Shown here: piece by piece, positions 47,056 to 61,056 of the stretch
Layout of the letters: every line of letters starts with the position of its first letter
Numbering within the stretch: position 1 is the stretch's first letter
Source of the DNA: Antedon mediterranea
Taxonomy: Eukaryota; Animalia; Echinodermata
Direction of reading: 5' to 3'
Assembly: GCF_964355755.1 (NCBI RefSeq)
Contig: NC_092677.1
Span: forward strand, 27,081,175 to 27,145,174
Length of the DNA: 64,000 nt
The notes under the pieces: model-generated
Seen by the model: the letters and a program-made list of their open reading frames with translations, nothing else
Told to the model about the DNA's origin: nothing
Database searches by the model: none
Translations under genes and position numbers: made by a program

Positions 47056-50000
47056 TTACAACACCGTTCTATTTTTAAACCTATCGCTAAAGTTTGGCGT
47101 TTTCGGTTTTGTTAATTTCTTGTCGCTGTGTTCAACTTCAACAGCTTTGTAATGGCGAATAGGATTTGATTTGTGTACCATAGCGGCTCGCATCTGCTCA
47201 ATCTCCTTTTGTTCTTTTATTGCGTCTTGCCGTTCGATCTCAGCCTTGTGGAGGTTCAGTTCGTGTTCTCGCATTCTCTTCTGATCTTCGTATTGCTGTC
47301 GTTGTTCAGCTCGTTTGTCGGAGTTTAATGCAAAATCGTTTATCTCTGTTGATTTAAATAATTTATTGAAATTATGTAATGAACAATTTTGAATATAAAG
47401 CTCTGTCTACACTATCAAATTAGTTTGAAAAAAAAAAAGGGTGATGTGCCTAAATATGGTAGTGATATGACATCATCATGTCCATATATGGGTACATCAC
47501 ATTTTTGTTGTCACATAAAGTTTGATAGTGTAGACAGAGCTTAAGTGTTTTTCTTTTCATCCTTGGTCCATTTAGGACGTTTGTAGTTTTGCCATTGGTA
47601 CATACCTGTCAATGGCTTGTCTGATTTCTGAGGTACAAATGGCTTTTTGTAAAGAACGTTTGCTTCTCTGGCGTGGAAAGTCTGGTGTCTTTCTGCTTCC
47701 AACTCTTCTGCCATCTGTCAATTATAAACAAAGTATAATAAATATATGAAGTTGTTGTCAATGACTTTTAAAATGACAGGTTACACATATTTGAGTCCCT
47801 GAGTGTTTAAAGCTCTGTACTACCAACCTTTTTGCTCCATTCTTCAGCCCTCTTTGCGCCAACGTCTTCGTGTGAAAGACCAAACGGTTTTAGAGTTGTT
47901 GTCTTCTTGGCTTTCTTCTCGGGCAAACCAGAAACATTGTCAAATATTGGCATTAACTGTGCTTTGAACTCCCGCAACTAAATTGAGAAAAAAAAAAAAA
48001 CATGTATTGCATTGTGTACTGCAGTAGAATAATTTTGGCATGATCCCTGACTTGTTGATACCATACTGTAATAACCCAATTGTAACAAAAACATGTCATA
48101 ACATACCTTTTGTTCCTCTTTAAACAATTGTTGTTTCTTCTCTTCTTTTTTTAGAGCAATGGCTTCATCTCTCTCAGCAAATGAGAATGGTGCGATCTCA
48201 GTTGTTTTGTGTGCCAAGTTTGGTATAAAAGGAACGCCAGAATGTGGAACTGGACGTGCCTTTATTGGTTGCGGTATCTCTTCTTCCTCCTGATTTAAAC
48301 AAAAGATACTTACAAAATAATATAATAATTTTACCCGATTTACTTGAGCATGGAAAAGGTAATTAAACACACTATATGTTCACTGAACTTGAATTCAGTT
48401 GGTGGATAAAAAATAATGAAAAATTGGTATAGATCTGTTACTACTCATTCTGAATTTCGTACAAAACTTTCATGCGTGATCGACAAGAAATGAACAAACT
48501 TAGGGCTGAGTGTGAAACGTTTAACTTGAAAAGTACATACTGGTTTGATGTCAAAGTCAAACGTTCTTTTCCTGTTCTTGAGTGCAAATGCCGGTGACTT
48601 AGCACACGTTAATGGTAACTTCTTAGCATCAGGTAATCCCTATAAACAAAATTAAAATAATTTAGAATAAATGTATAACAATTTATTTATTATATGGACA
48701 TGATAATGTCATATCACTACCATATTTGGGCACATCACATTTTTTTTGTCACATAACGTTTGATAGTGTAGACAGAGCTTAAGAGTATCCAACAAAATTA
48801 AGTAATCAATAAAATGACATATTTTTACCGTTACACCCTGCAGTATTTTGGCAGGAACCGGTTTGGCGTGGAACTCAACCCTTTCTTCTTCCTCTTCCTT
48901 TGTATGGTCAACTTCCCGTTCTCGTCTAGTTGAGTGAAATGCAAAACCGATAGCCTTGGTTGGTTCCTTATGAACGGGCACTTTGATGCCGATGTTGAAG
49001 TTGCTCATTACTCGTGGATTCACAGGATTTGCTTTGAACTTGTAACTGGTAAAGACAAAGTGAATTTATATAATTTTTTTTTTCTATATTCATAAATATT
49101 TATTAAAAAATGAAAGTCATCAAAACAGAAAATGTTAAATAAATTGTACATTTAAACGATAAATAAGGTAAATAATACAGACTTTTTTAAAAACTTTTTA
49201 AGATCCCTCAATAAACATAAAAATCATAAGCAAAAGCAACATCAAAATCATATTGTAAACCTACTTAACAATTTGAATTTCTTTTATACAGAAATATCTG
49301 TATACTTATTGAAAATATAATAATAATGGGCAAAATGTAAAAAACTTTGTTTCAAGGTCTTCTAATTTAAACAATTTTAATTCAATTTACCAGATAATAG
49401 TTTATAATTTAATCAGAATAAATGTATACATTTCTTATCATTAGATAGAGCACCTGTTGTGTGCTACAGGTCAAGGAATAGAAAAAAGTATAGTCAGGAA
49501 ATTCAAGTTAGCAAAGGGTCATTTGATATATTATTTAGAATCAACGGTATGAGTTTTCTTAAGCTCTGTCTATACTATCAAACTTTATGTGACAAAAAAT
49601 GTGATGTGCCCATATATGGACATGATGATGTCATATCACTACCATATTTAAGCATCACTACCATTTTTTGGTACATCACACTTTTTTGTCATATAAAGTT
49701 TGATAGTGCAGACAGAGCTAATTTTGGAAAACCTCCAACATTGCAAACAGCTGCAAGGTGGACATATTTATCAAATCATGTATAGTATTTGACTAATACG
49801 GCGTTATAACGCCCTATTACCTTTGTAATATATTATTCCTGCTATTTGAATTGACATAGTATTACCTTTTCATATCTTCAACTTCTTTATCTTCCTTATC
49901 CTTTGCACTAACTGCTGTGTTGGGTCGTTTTCGTTTTCTCGTCTCAAGAGCTGGTGTCTTAGGGCATGTTAACTTAGTTGGTAGAATAGACTGCATCACA

Positions 50001-53000
50001 GGTCCTGTAATTCAAACAGTTCATTAGTATCATGGTACTTGGTAAATTCAATTTTGTTTTAGAATAGATTAAACTTCAGCGGCTTGCTTACTTTCAAAAT
50101 TTTCTTTCCACTGGTACAGTACAAAAGTATAGTACACGGCTTGCTTACTTTCACAATTTTCTTTCCACTGGTACAGTACAAAAGTATAGTACAAGTACAA
50201 AATCATAAATAAAAGTTAAAGTTTAATAGTGCAGACATAGCTTTATATACCTTTATTTTGCTGCGCACGTTTCCATGTCTGGAATCTCTCTGGTGTCTTG
50301 ACTTGGAAGGCTATAACCTGCTCTGCCATTGATTTGTATGCTTGATGAGAACTCCCAGCATCCTCTGCATAACCTGGCTTGTGTTGGCTTGCAGAGAAGT
50401 TGAATGGTTGCGGTATAGTTGGTCCTTTTGCTTTTTTTTGCTATAAAATAAATGTTTGCAGGATAGATTGGAAGTCATTATTGTTGCTTAAAACAAAACA
50501 AAAAATAAACTGTATATATTTTTTAATAACTGCATTTTTTAAAATTTATCTTATGTTTTACTGAATGTAATTTTATTAAAGTTTTATACTATTCTAACTC
50601 CAATATACTATATCACTTGTAATCTTGTTCTTTTTCCTAATACTGTATACAGTTATTGAAAATGATTTTGACCAAATAAATGAAGGAAAAACAAAGAAAC
50701 TTACAGGTTCTGCATGCTTTCGTAGCGAAGAGAAGAAATCCTTATCGTCACATTCAGAATTCGGTACAACCGATCTTGTGACTCTAGTATTGGTCTGAAA
50801 TTCAAATTCCTTTGGTTGCGTTGCAGGTTTCTGAGATCTGACCGGCACATACTTGGTGGAACATTGCAATCTCTTGTACGACTCCTCCGCCATCTTTCTT
50901 GTATTTGCCGCTTGTTTCTGCAGCTCTTCTATCCTCTGCATCTCCAGTTCTTCCGTCTTCTTCTGTTTGTCTGTAAAGAAGTGCTTCTTGCGTCTAAGGA
51001 AAGTTGGTGTCTGCGGCATTGTTAGTTTTGGAATGGAAGTGTTTTTGTGGTTTGTTGTGATCGTCAAATCGGTACGTCGTCTTTTTGATGCTCGAAGATT
51101 TGAATCGGTTTGATTGGATTGCCGTGGTTTTACTCTGAGCGAGCGTCTTGGCCTCGTCATACTACGCGTGATTCGACTTTCTGCCTGGCTTTCACTACCT
51201 CTGTAAGAAACAAAAAAAACATAATTTGTATTAATGGAAAATAAAGTAGAGTAAAATAAAAAATATACCATATTTAAGCATACACTACCTTATTTGGGTA
51301 CATCACACTTTTTTTGTCAAACTAGTTTGATAGTGTGGACAGAGCTTTAAAACCATGTCAAACAGTTAAAACTAGAGTCACTTGGATTAGTTTGTCTATA
51401 ATTATACATAAAGTAACACTAGTACTATACCTTCTCTTATGTAATGGTTTTTTAATTTGATTAACAGGTTTGATTTTGGATGATTCAGCATCAGAAGAGC
51501 TTGAAGTCCAGCTTGTAACTAAGTTCACTGGTATGTATGGCTTAACAGCAACTGAAATGTAAGTAATTATTAATTTTCTTGTAAACTAAATGATAAGGCA
51601 ATCATGTTAATTGAAATACTAAAGCTCTGTCTGCACTATCAAACTTTATGTGACAACAAATGTAATGTGCCCATATATTGACATAATGTCATACCTCCAC
51701 CATATTTGGGCACATCACACTTTTTTTTGTCAAACTAGTTTGATAGTGCGGACAGAACTTTAGACTTACACTATGTGATACTTAAACAACTTGAAATGTT
51801 TATTCTTGAATTGTATGTGGGTTAGTATTTTAATGACTTTTATACTTATTGTACTGATTTGCCCTGTCAAAGAATTCATTCAATCCTTCGGACTCAAGAT
51901 ATATTGGGATGTTAGTTAGTTGCCTGAGGGTTAGCTGTGCTTAATGTATTTTACTAAGGAATTGGATACAAACCTGATGGAACAATTGTTGAAGGAGGAC
52001 TATATTCCTTCATCTTCTTATCGTCGTCTTCCATCACAACTGTTTGGCTAAACACTGGCAATGAGATGACAGGGGCTTCGATCAGAGCAGTGGCATCCAC
52101 ATTTTTCTGTTCAGCCTCCTCGTGATACGAACCTTCCAGGCTGTCCTCTGATATACTTGAGGTGACTATTCGATCACGATTTTCTGTTGTCACCACTACG
52201 GTAACGGCATCATTTGATATTGGTCCATCATTCTTGTCTGATGAATCTGATGGTTGAAGTCCGTCTTCTGCAACTGCCTTCAAAGGTAAGGTATGTTCAT
52301 CTCTGGTAACTGTCATCTTTGGTGAACCATTTTCTGGCTTTGCTTTCTCCGTTTGTTCATCAACTGCCATCATTGGTGAATCATTTTCTGGCATTGCATT
52401 CTCCGTTTCTTCATCTACGACTTCAGTTGTCTTTGGCGGTGGTGGTACATCATCTTCACTGAATACTGGTGGCGGAGGAGCTGCAGAGTGCTCTGGTACT
52501 GATGTCATGTCGTTGTCACTTAATACTGGTGACATAGGAGCTGTAGAGTGTACTGGTACTGACGGCAGGTCGTCTTCGGTCTCTGTTTCTCCTTTTGAAT
52601 CTAAAAATAAACTTTAATTATTGAATCATCACACGGATTACTAGCTGTAGATTTGCATGGCGATATTTTAATGTACTGAAATTACTACAGTACTTGCAGT
52701 GTAGTTGACTTTAGACAAGGTCATTTTGATTGAGGTGACCCTACCCACTTCAAGAACAATGCCAGGCTGCATTCCAAGTACTGTACCTGCCCAGTAGGAT
52801 AATGGTTGGCTTTATGAGCATGGCTTTTAAAACAATGATTCACTCACAGTGTGGTACAGTATCTTATTAGAAGAACAATGGTAATATTTTAAAGATGAGG
52901 GCTACACTTGCAACTTTATTTGGTTAATTACTGATTATTTATACAAACTGAAATAGTCGTATAGATCATATTTGTTCTGTAAGAAAAATACATAATATTA

Positions 53001-53691
53001 ACACAACCTGAAGTAAAGTGAAATGTAGGTGCAGATATTTTCATCACTTCTAGGCCTATCCCAACTGATTCTTTCAGACATTCTTCTTGGTTACATGTGG
53101 TCTCCTCCTCAGAACTACTTGGTTTAGCCTCCTCTACCTCTGCTGCTGTATCCTGGGTCTCATTCACAGACAATGATGACTGTGTTTCAACAGTTGAGGA
53201 TGGCGTTTCATCTAGGCCTATGTCTACTGGGATGTTATTTTCATGATCAAAATCTGAAATAAGTTAATGTTATGCTTACATTAAGACTGAACTGAGGCTT
53301 AATTGATATTGTTTATAGACCTAACTAGCTAGGTCTTATATGAATATTTAATTATTATTATTTATTAATAAATATAATAAATATTATTATTTAATACAAT
53401 AATTTAATATTCATTATTGTTGGACATTATATAAATAAAATACCTGCCTTATAGGCCTAGGCTAAACCTTGCAGCAGAAATATGCTATAATAATAATGCA
53501 TAAACAAAAATAACAACAGGCGCATAATGTATACAAGGCTAGGCCCTTTTGCCCTTGCTATCAAACGAATTTAACTCACTGAAATACTCTTCTGGGTTGT
53601 CACCATCTTCAAAACTATCATCGACTGGTTTAGAAAAATCGACGAATTGTGGGGCTAAAAAATCCCAATTTTGATTTAGACTGTCATCCAT
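47056..53691 (-). CDS. TPX2: Targeting protein for Xklp2 (spindle assembly factor), ~13 exons
   Basis: N-terminal MDDSLNQNWDFLAPQFVDFS...EEYF resembles the Aurora-A-binding motif. Internal KLTMPQTPTF, YKFKANP, FHAKPVP and KARPVPHSGVPFIP repeats. The C-terminus VHKSNPIRHYKAVEV...LTKPKTPNFSDRF matches the TPX2 tail. Confidence 0.93.
50080..50194. repeat. 57-bp direct tandem duplication in a TPX2 intron
   Basis: cggcttgcttactttca.aattttctttccactggtacagtacaaaagtatagtaca occurs twice. Confidence 0.9.
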
Positions 53692-54210
53692 TTTCACAAC
53701 AACTTGATGCACTAATCACTATTTTACACCCTACCTCTGTTTTTATTCAATTTTGAATTCTTTAAAATTACGAATTTTAAGGTAAAAAACAACCAAACTG
53801 TAACACTAGAACTGGAAGGACTTTATAATTCCCGGTGATGTTCGAATTGACCAATCACAGTCTTCAAATTCATTGAATCAATAGAGGGCGTTGTTTAAAA
53901 AAATGATTTCCAGACATATGAAGCGCCGAAGAAATGTTTTTCTCAGTGACGTATGGAAGTGGTATATTACATTGACAGTCGTTTGAAAATATTACTGCTA
54001 AAAAAATAAAAACTATGATTTTTTTACGTGAAGTAAAATTAATTTATTCGTTTACGTTCACGTACCTAATAATACATAAATGTACAAAAGGCGCTAAAGA
54101 CATTCCATACTTAAAATAAAGATCGTTGTAACGTTACGTCATAACACAAGTTTTCGCGACGACGATCCGAGGAGAGAGAGAGGCGAGAAGGGAGACGTAG
54201 TTAAACTGGT
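53692..54210. promoter_or_regulatory. Bidirectional TPX2/CIAPIN1 promoter region
   Basis: CHR-like TTTGAA at 53752 and TTCAAA at 53863; CCAAT at 53851; TTACGTCA at ~54134; E2F-like TTTTCGCG at 54151; a probable non-coding CIAPIN1 exon ending at ~54208. Confidence 0.6.
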
Positions 54211-54759
54211 AATTTTCTTTATTTAATATTCAACTATTTTATAAATAATATAAAGTGTATATTATTTCACTAGATAAAGTTTAAATTCGTGTATAAGTAC
54301 TGTCATTATGAATCTGGTTAACAATTCTAGGCCTAGATTGTTTTTCTAGCTAGGCCCATCCATTTGTTGTAGAAGCAGAAAACTGCTATGTCATACGGTA
54401 CATTTTGAAGATTTGACAATATGTTTTAATGTAAAGGAAGTGATCCCAGCCATTGTTTATACATAATATAAACATTACACAGTGTTTTTAAGGAGTCAGT
54501 AACTAATAGTAACATTTAAATTCTACATTTTAAACTAAACACTACATTGATTGTTTTACTTTTTTTAAAAATTAATTGTTTTTAAAATTTGAAATTAAAC
54601 TAGGCCTATTAGTATTAGTATTTTACTATTAGTTTAGGCCTAAAACTAACTAGCTAGCTAGGCCCAATACTAGTTGAATTAAAATGGAAACAGCCTTATT
54701 TATAGTGTAACATTATATATATTAACTTTGTTGTAGACCTGTACAATTATCAGTAATTA

Positions 54760-57154
54760 ATGGAGAAGATTGAATTAACTGGACAACATGTTCTTGTCCT
54801 CTGGGCTACAGGACAAAATCCAGAGGATGTAAAATCATTTGTTGATAAGTTGAATCTGTCAGTGAGTAAAGGTGGATCAGTAAAAGTGGAAAACATGCAA
54901 CGCCTTCTGATATGTAAGTATTTTGATGCCAAAGCGTTGATTTGATTGGTGGACTAAAGCTCTGTCTACACTATCAAACTTTATATGAAAATGTGATTTG
55001 CCCATATATATGGACATGATGTCATAGAACTACCATATTTGGGCATATCACATTTTTTTTCAAACAAATTTGATAGTGTAGACAGAGCTTTACAGTTTAC
55101 ACCATTGCTTAGTTCACACTATTAAATTAAATTTAAGTTCACCAATTAATTATTTAATAACAAATTTCGGCTGGTTTGTTTTTGTTACAGCTGCATACCC
55201 AAGTTCAACGTTTGATGTGGCTCTCTTGGGCACGTCCGCTCCACATGTTACACATGGTCTTGATGTTCTTGGAGAGGTTATGAGAATTTTAAAACCAAAT
55301 GGTACAATATTAATAAGAGAACCAACACAATCATCAGGTAAAGATTTTTTAGATTTTTCCATAAATTTGAAGAATAAATGATTTTTTAAAGTCTATGATG
55401 AAAAAAATCATGGCAATAAAAATAAATGTCTTCATCATTATTTTGTTATCTTTTTATATAGATGATGCTACACAAATAGGAAGTACCTTGATTGGTACTC
55501 TTAAATTATCTGGATTTGTCGGTCTCTCTGAGGTTAGTGTTTTCAAAAAGGCATATTACTTTAAAATCATTTTTACACAAATCTAGCTATATAGTTATAT
55601 AAACAAACTGCTATACTTTCAGTCGAAATAGATGTTTATTGATGTTAAAGAACATTAATGGTGCTATTTTTTTATTTCAGGCTTCAATGTTTGAAAATGG
55701 TTCAAAGAATGTTGTTGAAATTATATGTAAAAAACCTTCCTTTGAAATGGGATCATCTGTAAGCTTACCATTATCTTTTGCAAAAAAATCACAAGGTTAG
55801 TTTGTCACTATTTAAATTCTCTTATAATAGTTGTGTTTGCTCTTTAATTTGCATTTGACAAATATACAATCGCCTGAATATGACCAGAAGTGATTTAAAT
55901 TTAAAATGAAGACTCCTCCACTGTACTTTATTTTCTATGTTAATTGTAGGTGTCAAGAAGGTAGATTCAAATGTAGCTAAGGTGTGGTCTTTTTCGTCTA
56001 ATGATATGATGGATGACGACTTGGTAAGTCCGTACTAATCACTTTTATATCTAAAATATACTTTTTTATTTGTAATTAAAAATTAGTCTGTATTACTAAT
56101 ATAAACAAATTTATAATATATTATGTGTGATTTTGAGACAAATTGCATGAATTTTAATTATGTACAGAGAAAAAAAATATTTAAAAAATAATTAAAAACT
56201 GGAAGATAATCATGTGAAAAGATGCATTATAATTGTAAATTGTATAAAGCTCTGTCCACACTATCGAACTTTATGTGACAAAAAATGGGATGTGCCCATA
56301 TATGGACATGATGTCATATCACTACCATATTTGGGCACATCACACTTTTTTTTATAATTCTGTCAAACTAGTTGGTAGTGTATTTCTAAATTGTTATTTA
56401 CAATACAGGACTTGATAGACTCTGATGACCTATTACAAAAAGATGACCTTATAAGACCTACTGCTGAATCACTCAAAGGTCAGTGAACTTTTCATAAGCT
56501 AGAATAAGTAAGAATTTTAAAATAAGTGTAATGAAATACATACTAAATCTTTGATTCTAGCTAAAAAAATTATAATTTCATAATTTAAAATTGGATTATT
56601 GTTCTTACTACAGCACCAGAATGCGGACCTTCATCAGGAAGAAAAAAAGCCTGTAAAAACTGGTGAGTACAATAAAAAAAATATAATTGATTATTGTGAA
56701 ACAGCAAAGATGGAAAATCTATGACTTATTCATCAGCAATTTCTGCGGAAAATGTTTTGGTGACAAAACAGTTTTTTTCAATGACGGTATTCTATGTTCC
56801 TATATTCTTTCAGTTCATGTGGTTTAGCAGAAGAACTCGATGGAAATAGTGATGGTAATTCTAAACCCAGAGCTGCAACATCTGCATGTGGTAGTGTAAG
56901 TAGCATTTATTTCCTATTAAAGCCTACTTAGCAAATTTGTCACAAAAAGTGACATTTGATAGCCAATCATACATACAAGAGTTTCTACATGGACTTAATA
57001 ATAAATTCACGTTATTTATATTAAATGTTTGTTTTTACAGTGTTACCTTGGAGATGCCTTTAGATGTGCAAGCTGCCCATATTTGGGAATGCCAGCATTT
57101 AAACCTGGAGAAAAAGTCAGTTTAAGTTCAAGACAGTTGAATGCTGATGCATAA
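54760..57154 (+). CDS. CIAPIN1: Anamorsin/Dre2, cytosolic Fe-S assembly factor
   Basis: Methyltransferase-like N-terminus (ILKPNG), [10 protein letters not shown] and [13 protein letters not shown]. Cys motifs: ECG...[16 protein letters not shown] and [31 protein letters not shown]. Stop TAA at 57152-57154. Confidence 0.96.
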
Positions 57155-57310
57155 AGACTATAATCAATAGAAATCATTATAAAAATAACACACATACATG
57201 TCGCTGCACAAAGAATTGTAAAGCCATTACTCAAAGTAAATTTAATATCATAAAAATATTTTTTAACATGAAATATCTGATACACTTCTGTATATTGCTG
57301 TGGTAGGATT

Positions 57311-57469
57311 CAGGGCTGTAGCCAGCATGAGGCAGATGTCTCGTCTGAAATGTTCAATGTTCACCACCCACCCCAATTCCCCAGCACAGATCGTCATATT
57401 TTATATTAATAATTATATTATTTAAACCATCTTTGCCTCATCTGTTTTTAGCCTCTCGCTACGGCCTTG
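57311..57469. mobile_element. 159-bp hAT-like MITE with a 5-bp TSD
   Basis: TIR CAGGGCTGTAGC / GCTACGGCCTTG; internal inverted atgaggca / tgcctcat; GGATT on both flanks. Confidence 0.7.
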
Positions 57470-57633
57470 GGATTAATCGTAATATTTGCTGTATCAATAT
57501 TAATATTAAAGGATTAACCTCTGTCAACCTTTTAAAACAATTTTTAATATTCAATATGAACGTAATAAATATATTTTGAGAGTCTGTAGTAAAGTTGTTT
57601 GTTTTGACATCGTGAGAAAACTCTCACATCAAC

Positions 57634-57845
57634 AGTTTTATTTTGGATTCCATTTTATCCAATCATCGTACATAAATGTTGTAGAGTCCATGTGGTCAAT
57701 AAATAAATGACCATTGACGTGGTCAGCCTCGTGCTCTCATACCCCAGTTTTATTTTAGATTCCATTTTATCCAATCATCATCCATAAATGTTGTTGAGTC
57801 CATGTGGTCAATAAATAAATGACCATTGACGTGGTCAATCTCATG
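57634..57845 (-). repeat. 112-bp-period duplication of the PDF C-terminal coding segment
   Basis: The coding copy HEIDHVNGHLFIDHMDSTTFMDDDWIKWNLK* (stop 57750) is followed by HEADHVNGHLFIDHMDSTTFMYDDWIKWNPK* (stop 57638). Confidence 0.92.
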
Positions 57846-58770
57846 CTGAAGAATCCTTGCTGGGTATCCAGATACCTGCCATTCAAAATCATTACCCTCT
57901 TGGTCTAAACCTAAAAAAAAGATTTAAAGAAAACTGCTGTTAACATTGTATTTTTGGATACCTTTTCCATTTTCAAACAAAATTACACTAACTATTATAA
58001 CCACTCCATTCCAAACTTGGCTTAACCATACTTGGCTCTATCTACACTATCAAACTTTATGTGGTGACAAACAGTGCACTCATATGGACATGATGACATC
58101 GTATGACTACCATATTTGGGTACATCACTACCAAATCTGGACACATTACACTTTTTTTTATCAAACTAGTTTGATAGTATAGACAGAGCTAAAAAGTGGT
58201 TGTTGACAAATATTAAATCTTTTCAATCTCACCTTTTACTTTAACCTCGTAGAACCGTGGTACATTAGCACGAAAGCCCTTTAGACTTAAACATCCCTCT
58301 GGCCACTCTATTTTGCGTTGGTCAACAAATCTCAATTTTGGGTTGATAATCACAGTTAATGGGAATTCTTTAACCTCCCTCATCTTGCAAACCTCCGGTG
58401 GCCATTTTGCCGTGTGCTTAGACGTAAACTCCATTGCTACAATCTGCAATGCCGACCCAACCTGCGGAGCGGCAATTCCGACTGCTTTTTCTTTTCGCAT
58501 AACATAAATCATATTTTTGATAACTTTCTTAACTTCATTTGATTTTATACTGCTTTTGGGCACAGGGTTGCTTTGCATTCGAAGCACTGGGTCCCCCACT
58601 TGGCATGCATGGTCGTATGGTGGGTTTTTGGAGATAGGAGCTTTATAAATGTTTCTTGCAGCTCGCCACAGTCTTGTGGTTAATGCTTCATTTGTAATTA
58701 TTCTGCTTGCATAGCACCTTGAACAAGCCGGTTGAAGAGTTTTTATTACAGATTTCACAGTAAAAAACAT
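57750..58770 (-). CDS. PDF: Mitochondrial peptide deformylase, 2 coding exons
   Basis: Motifs GIAAPQ, EGCLS and QHEIDH; basic N-terminal targeting-like peptide; exons 58770-58233 and ~57910-57750. Confidence 0.96.
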
Positions 58771-59395
58771 CTGAAGTGAAAAAAGAACAAAATTAATTTG
58801 CTCAACCATACATCCATATGTTTATTATTTAAAGTTTTCTAGGTCGTAGGGGCGGGCCTATAATATAATTATATAGGAACAGTGCGTGTAAATCATTGGG
58901 TATCTTTATCGGTATACCGATAGTAAATATTTGGTGCAGAGACCATCAACAACAACAAATATTCATAGAAAATGAGCAGGCTGCATACAGTAGACTTCTT
59001 GTGCACATTCCGACCGTGTGTATAGAAAGTTACACCCACACACGGTTAACCGTGTAGATAGTCTTTTATTGTGATATAGAAACGTACGTACATGAAGCAT
59101 GCAATTGTATATAAATAGTTTACTGTACCTTCTAACTAATAAAAACACTATCTAAAAATAGGACTAGGTAAAAGTGCGATTTATTAAGGTTAGGTTTATT
59201 TTAAGAACATAATGTAGGTCTAATTAGTAATTATTTCTCACTTTGATTCGAATGCTGTAGACTTCCGACGTGTATATAAATAATAGGCCTAGCTAAACCA
59301 TGCCTTTTCCTAGAGCTAATTTTGTGCGGTGGCGCTATTTATTAATCTATAATTGAATGTTTCAAAGCTATCTTGTTTCAAAACATTGGCCGAAA

Positions 59396-59460
59396 GTTCG
59401 ATAGCAACAAAAAAACAATATGGCGGAATGCATCGGAAAAGTTATTTTACGGAGGTAGGC
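59396..59460 (+). promoter_or_regulatory. RFX X-box and probable first (non-coding) exon of the dynein gene; shared promoter with PDF
   Basis: GTTCGATAGCAAC at 59396-59408; YY1-like AATATGGCGG at ~59417; donor GAG|gtaggc at ~59455. Confidence 0.6.
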
Positions 59461-59873
59461 TAAACATTGACGGAATTTGGATGATTTAAAGCTATATATA
59501 ATTATATAGATGTGGTTTATAGTTCCTCATTATCATTAGAACGTTATGCAATTATCAACTAATAAATTAGTATTTTACTTGCTGGGTTTAGGCTAGGCCT
59601 AGGGCCTAGGCATAGCCTAGATAATAATTGCTTTGAACTTTTTAAAGTTCTACATAAGACTTAGCCTAATAATAGCCTAGGTAGTAGGCTTGGGGGACGG
59701 TTATGTGTAGTGGGAGTAGGTTGTTTTGGTTTGGGTGTTAAACTTACTGTTGTGTTAACTATAAAAAAAAACTCAAATAAAAAATGCTTCATATTGATAT
59801 GATTTATGATGAACATCTACAAAATTAGAAAAAGTTATTATCTTGCATGTTATTAATTATTGTATAATTATGA

Positions 59874-61056
59874 ATGGGCTGTCTGCTGGGGGTGCCATGG
59901 GCTGTCTGCTGGGGGTGCCATGGGCTGTCTGCTGGGGGTGCCATGGGCTGTCTGCTGGGGGTGCCATGGGCTGTCTGCTGGGGGGTGCCATGGGCTGTCT
60001 GCTGGGGGTGCCATGGGCTGTCTGCTGGGGGTGCCATGGGCTGTCTGCTGGGGGGTGCCATGGGCTGTCTGCTGGGGGTGCCATGGGCTGTCTGCTGGGG
60101 GTGCCATGGGCTGTCTGCTGGGGGTGCCATGGGCTGTCTGCTGGGGGTGCCATGGGCTGTCTGCTGGGGGTGCCATGGGCTGTCTGCTGGGGGTGCTATG
60201 GGCTGTCTGCTGGGGGTGCCATGGGCTGTCTGCTGGGGGTGCCATGGGCTGTCTGCTGGGGGTGCCATGGGCTGTCTGCTGGGGGTGCCATGGGCTGTCT
60301 GCTGGGGTGCCATGGGCTGTCTGCTGGGGGTGCCATGGGCTGTCTGCTGGGGGCGCCATGGGGGCTGTCTGCTGGGGGTGCCATGGGGGGCTGTCTGCTG
60401 GGGGTGCCATGGGGGGCTGTCTGCTGGGGGTGCCATGGGCTGTCTGCTGGGGGTGCTATGGGCTGTCTGCTGGGGGTGCCATGGGCTGTCTGCTGGGGTG
60501 CCATGGGCTGTCTGCTGGGGGTGCCATGGGCTGTCTGCTGGGGGTGCCATGGGCTGTCTGCTGGGGGTGCCATGGGCTGTCTGCTGGGGGGTGCCATGGG
60601 ATGGGCTGTCTGCTGGGGTGCCATGGGCTGTCTGCTGGGGTGCCATGGGCTGTCTGCTGGGGTGCCATGGGCTGTCTGCTGGGGGTGCCATGGGCTGTCT
60701 GCTGGGGGTGCCATGGGCTGTCTGCTGGGGGGTGCCATGGGCTGTCTGCTGGGGGTGCCATGGGCTGTCTGCTGGGGGTGCCATGGGCTGTCTGCTGGGG
60801 GTGCCATGGGCTGTCTGCTGGGGGTGCCATGGGCTGTCTGCTGGGGGTGCCATGGGCTGTCTGCTGGGGGTGCCATGGGCTGTCTGCTGGGGGTGCCATG
60901 GGCTGTCTGCTGGGGGTGCCATGGGCTGTCTGCTGGGGTGCCATGGGCTGTCTGCTGGGGGTGCCATGGGCTGTCTGCTGGGGGTGCCATGGGGGCTGTC
61001 TGCTGGGGGTGCCATGGGCTGTCTGCTGGGGGTGCCATGGGCTGTCTGCTGGGGGT
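59874..61056. repeat. 23-bp GC-rich minisatellite, ~50 copies
   Basis: Unit gccatgggctgtctgctgggggt with the G-run varying between 4 and 6. Confidence 0.98.

Noticed and set aside
57750-58770. Peptide deformylase as bacterial HGT or contamination
   Set aside because: It has a spliceosomal intron and an N-terminal extension, and animals normally encode mitochondrial PDF.
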